IMG/VR virus record: IMGVR_UViG_3300025196_000010
Location: 1-36,877 of that record
Length of the DNA stretch: 36,877 bases
Direction: 5' to 3' (one strand)
Origin: a virus
Lineage: Duplodnaviria; Caudoviricetes
Of this stretch, positions 34,180 to 36,877 are shown one piece after another. The first letter of the stretch is position 1. Each line of letters opens with the position of its first letter. The notes beneath the pieces are model-generated. The model did not search any database. It saw only the letters and a program-made list of their open reading frames with translations, and had not been told where the DNA came from. Both the position numbers and the translations under genes were made by a program.

Positions 34180-34322
34180 TAAACACCCCCTCAAAGTACA
34201 AACTTCACAATTTATTCACTAATCTTTTTCTTTTCATAAACAATATACAGTACACAGCTATAACTGTAACACATACGATATTTCGAACCTTTAAAATGAT
34301 GATATAGTGCTCTTGCAGATTG

Positions 34323-34354
34323 GCCGACTCAAGAGAATTTTGAGTCGGTTTTTT
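34323..34354 (+). terminator. Intrinsic terminator near the right prophage end
   Basis: GCCGACTCAA/TTGAGTCGGT stem followed by a T run. Confidence 0.75.
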
Positions 34355-34444
34355 GCGTTTAATATCTGTGGATAACTCATTAGTAACACCAAAAATACAC
34401 CAATAAGATGCAACTTGCTGATTATTATAAGGAGTATCTATACA

Positions 34445-35452
34445 ATGATTTTAGTGACTGGTGGTTTAGGCTTTATAGGCTCTCATATTGCTTTGAGCTT
34501 TATGGCGCATGGGCAAGAGGTCATTATTGTAGACAATTTATCCAATGCGAACTTGCAAACTCTTGAACGATTAGAATTTATTAGTGGCATGTACGTGCCT
34601 TTTGTCAAAATTGATATACGAAATACGCCTGCTTTAAACAAAGTTTTTGAGCAGTATTCCATCGATGCGGTGGTGCATGCAGCAAGTTTTAAATCGCTTG
34701 AAGAATCTGTATTGAAGCCTTTGGAATACTATAATGACAATGTCAGTTGTATCATGAGTTTACTGCGTGCCATGCAGCGCACAGGTGTCCGAACTTTGGT
34801 TCATCTTTCCAGTCTTGCGGTCTATGGTGAATCCAGCCTACATCTAGAAGAAGATTTGGAGCTGAATTTCGGCTATCCAAACCCGTATATCAAGTCGCAG
34901 CAAATGGTCGAAGAAATTATTCGAGATACAGCAAAAACGGATAATGAATGGAAAATTGCAATTTTAAGAATGGGCAATGTCGCTGGTGCATTTGAAAATG
35001 CGATGCTCGGAGAACTATTCCCGCCTTTACCGAAAAATATTATTCCACTGTTGATGCAAGTCGCTGCAAAACAGCGTGATCATATTGAACTTAGAAAAAG
35101 TGCACAAACCACAGACCATACCGTAGAGCGTAGTTTTTTACATATCCTCGATGCCTGTGATGCGATTGCGGCTTCGTTACAATGGTTAAGCACCCAACAG
35201 TTTGCTTGTGAAGCCTTTAATATTGCAGGTCAAAGTGTGTCGATACAGCAGTTGATTGAAAAAGTTGAAAGCGTGACGCAAAGTGATATTGCTACAGTCG
35301 ATGTGAAGGATTCGCACATCGTGGAATTAGATCAGGTCGCAGCCGAGTGTAGTAAAGCGAAAAACATTTTACACTGGGAAGCGAAGCGCAGTTTAGAACA
35401 GACCCTTGAAGATGGATGGCGTTTCTACCAACAAAATTTAGATGGCCGTTAA
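34445..35452 (+). CDS. galE: UDP-glucose 4-epimerase-like NAD-dependent epimerase (host, divergent)
   Basis: ILVTGGLGFIGSH, DNLSN, EESVLKPLEYYNDNV; active-site motif reads YIKSQ instead of YxxxK; AAGGAG SD before ATG 34445. Confidence 0.8.
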   Translation: MILVTGGLGFIGSHIALSFMAHGQEVIIVDNLSNANLQTLERLEFISGMYVPFVKIDIRNTPALNKVFEQYSIDAVVHAASFKSLEESVLKPLEYYNDNVSCIMSLLRAMQRTGVRTLVHLSSLAVYGESSLHLEEDLELNFGYPNPYIKSQQMVEEIIRDTAKTDNEWKIAILRMGNVAGAFENAMLGELFPPLPKNIIPLLMQVAAKQRDHIELRKSAQTTDHTVERSFLHILDACDAIAASLQWLSTQQFACEAFNIAGQSVSIQQLIEKVESVTQSDIATVDVKDSHIVELDQVAAECSKAKNILHWEAKRSLEQTLEDGWRFYQQNLDGR

Positions 35453-35461
35453 TTAATTTAC

Positions 35462-35536
35462 TGATAACAATTATCATTTACATATTTTTGCTTAATCATT
35501 AAAATAAGGAAAACAAGCGCAAAATAATCATTTTGC
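35462..35536. promoter_or_regulatory. Fur-box-like sites upstream of fumC
   Basis: TGATAACAATTATCA (35462-35476) is one mismatch from the TGATAATnATTATCA consensus; second palindrome GCAAAATAATCATTTTGC (35519-35536). Confidence 0.7.
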
Positions 35537-35563
35537 AATTCAGTTAAAAAGGAAGAGGTTAAA

Positions 35564-36877
35564 ATGCAAACACGTATTGAACATGACACGATGGGCGAAG
35601 TTGAAGTACCGAGTGAAGCACTTTGGGGTGCTCAAACTCAGCGTAGTTTCCAAAACTTTAAAATTGGCAGTGAACGTCTACCACGTCCAATGATTCGTGC
35701 CATGGGCTTAGTGAAAAAAGCAGCAGCATTAACCAATGCTGAGCTCAACCAAATTCCACAAGAATTGGCGCAATACATCGTCGGTGCTGCGGATGAAGTG
35801 ATTGCAGGGCAGTGGGATAGTCAGTTTCCTTTGGTGGTATGGCAAACTGGTTCAGGCACACAAAGCAACATGAACTGTAATGAAGTGATTGCCAATATCG
35901 CCAATCAGAAACTCGGCAATCCTTTAGGCGCACAAAAACCTGTACACCCGAATGATCATGTAAATCGTGCTCAGTCGACCAATGACTCGTTCCCAACGGC
36001 GATTCATGTTGCAGCAAGTATCCAGATCAATGAATTACTGATTCCTGCGGTGACACAGCTTCGAGATACTTTAGCTGCAAAGTCTCAAGCATTTTCAGAC
36101 ATCGTTAAGATTGGTCGAACTCATTTACAAGATGCGACACCCTTAACCTTAGGCCAAGAATTTAGCGGTTATGTTTCTCAGCTCGATCACGGCTTAAAGC
36201 GTTTACAACAAGTACTTTTAGGCTTGTATGAGCTGCCTTTAGGTGGAACGGCTGTAGGTACAGGATTGAATGCTCATCCTGATTATGCAGAAAAATCAGC
36301 AGAGCAACTGGCACAGTTGACAGGGCTACCTTTTGTGACTGCACCAAATAAATTTGAAGCATTGGCTGGGCGTGATGCAGCAGTGTTTGCCTCAGGTGCA
36401 TTAAAAACGCTTGCGGTAAGCTTGAACAAAATTGCCAATGACATTCGCTGGTTGGCAAGTGGCCCACGTTGTGGTTTTGGCGAGTTACGTATTCCTGAAA
36501 ATGAACCAGGCTCAAGTATTATGCCGGGGAAAGTGAACCCGACTCAAAGTGAAGCGATGACCATGGTGGTGGCTCAAGTCTTAGGCAATGACACCACGAT
36601 TAATGTTGCGGGCGCATCGGGTAATTTTGAGTTGAATGTATTCATGCCAGTGATTGCGTTTAATTTGTTGCAGTCGATTCAGCTTTTGGGTGACGCATGT
36701 AATAGTTTTAATGATCACTGTGCAGTGGGTATTGAACCAAACCGTGAAAAAATTGATCACTTCTTACATGACTCATTGATGTTAGTTACGGCTTTAAACC
36801 CAGTGATTGGCTATGAAAATGCAGCGAAAGTTGCCAAAACAGCCTATAAAGAAGGGAAAACGTTAAAACAGGTGGCC
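35564..36877 (+). CDS. fumC: Class II fumarate hydratase (3'-truncated by the window end; absent from the ORF track)
   Basis: [58 protein letters not shown] signature. Confidence 0.97.
   Translation, partial: MQTRIEHDTMGEVEVPSEALWGAQTQRSFQNFKIGSERLPRPMIRAMGLVKKAAALTNAELNQIPQELAQYIVGAADEVIAGQWDSQFPLVVWQTGSGTQSNMNCNEVIANIANQKLGNPLGAQKPVHPNDHVNRAQSTNDSFPTAIHVAASIQINELLIPAVTQLRDTLAAKSQAFSDIVKIGRTHLQDATPLTLGQEFSGYVSQLDHGLKRLQQVLLGLYELPLGGTAVGTGLNAHPDYAEKSAEQLAQLTGLPFVTAPNKFEALAGRDAAVFASGALKTLAVSLNKIANDIRWLASGPRCGFGELRIPENEPGSSIMPGKVNPTQSEAMTMVVAQVLGNDTTINVAGASGNFELNVFMPVIAFNLLQSIQLLGDACNSFNDHCAVGIEPNREKIDHFLHDSLMLVTALNPVIGYENAAKVAKTAYKEGKTLKQVA

Larger units (their letters stand above)
1..34400. 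mobile_element. Temperate prophage with lambdoid early region and podovirus-like virion module
   Basis: Integrase at left edge and a full ordered set of immunity, replication, head, tail, packaging and lysis genes; housekeeping genes resume at 34445. Left att lies outside the window and the right boundary is approximate. Confidence 0.95.

Noticed and set aside
34245-34268. LexA/SOS box in TACAGTACACAGCTATAACTGTA
   Set aside because: Half-sites are in ACAG...CTGT order, the reverse of CTGT-N8-ACAG. It may be some other operator, but this is unsupported.
29621-34400. Diversity-generating retroelement, given the BPP-1-like virion genes
   Set aside because: No reverse transcriptase motif and no template/variable repeat pair found near the tail fibre 3' end by eye.
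34360-34445. Exact attR core
   Set aside because: attL lies upstream of base 1, so no duplicated core can be matched; no tRNA remnant recognised.
579-36515. Short ORFs nested in or antisense to well-supported genes (e.g. 579-788, 1749-1967, 6471-6830, 7174-7593, 12467-12676, 24359-24763, 35745-36017, 36162-36515)
   Set aside because: Shadow frames of real genes, with no recognisable motifs.

Overview
The window holds an apparently near-complete temperate prophage (about 1-34.4 kb) followed by host genes: a divergent galE-like epimerase and a Fur-boxed fumC that runs off the end. The host is probably Acinetobacter (inferred from protein style and AT-richness). The left arm is lambdoid: integrase, excisionase-like gene, orphan methyltransferase, RecE-like exonuclease with a putative annealing protein, cI/cro/cII-like switch, O-like initiator with an internal origin, and RusA. 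The right arm is podovirus-like: portal, scaffold, capsid, tail tubular A/B, ejection proteins, terminase, tailspike, holin, SAR-type endolysin and spanins. The strongest unexplained signal is a 12-bp element, YACMCAACAAAS, found 7 times, always on the + strand in front of late-gene modules. In 5 cases it is fused to a terminator hairpin whose 3' arm leads straight into the next start codon, suggesting a promoter-inside-terminator switch. Other candidates are a cI-linked membrane protein plus Cas2/VapD-like gene pair, a probable fused anti-defence protein after the capsid gene, an ejected SLT plus ParB-like protein, two short antisense RNAs, gene cassettes with shared boundary repeats, and several small ORFs missed by the ORF track. 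All family assignments come from visual motif recognition; no database searches were run.
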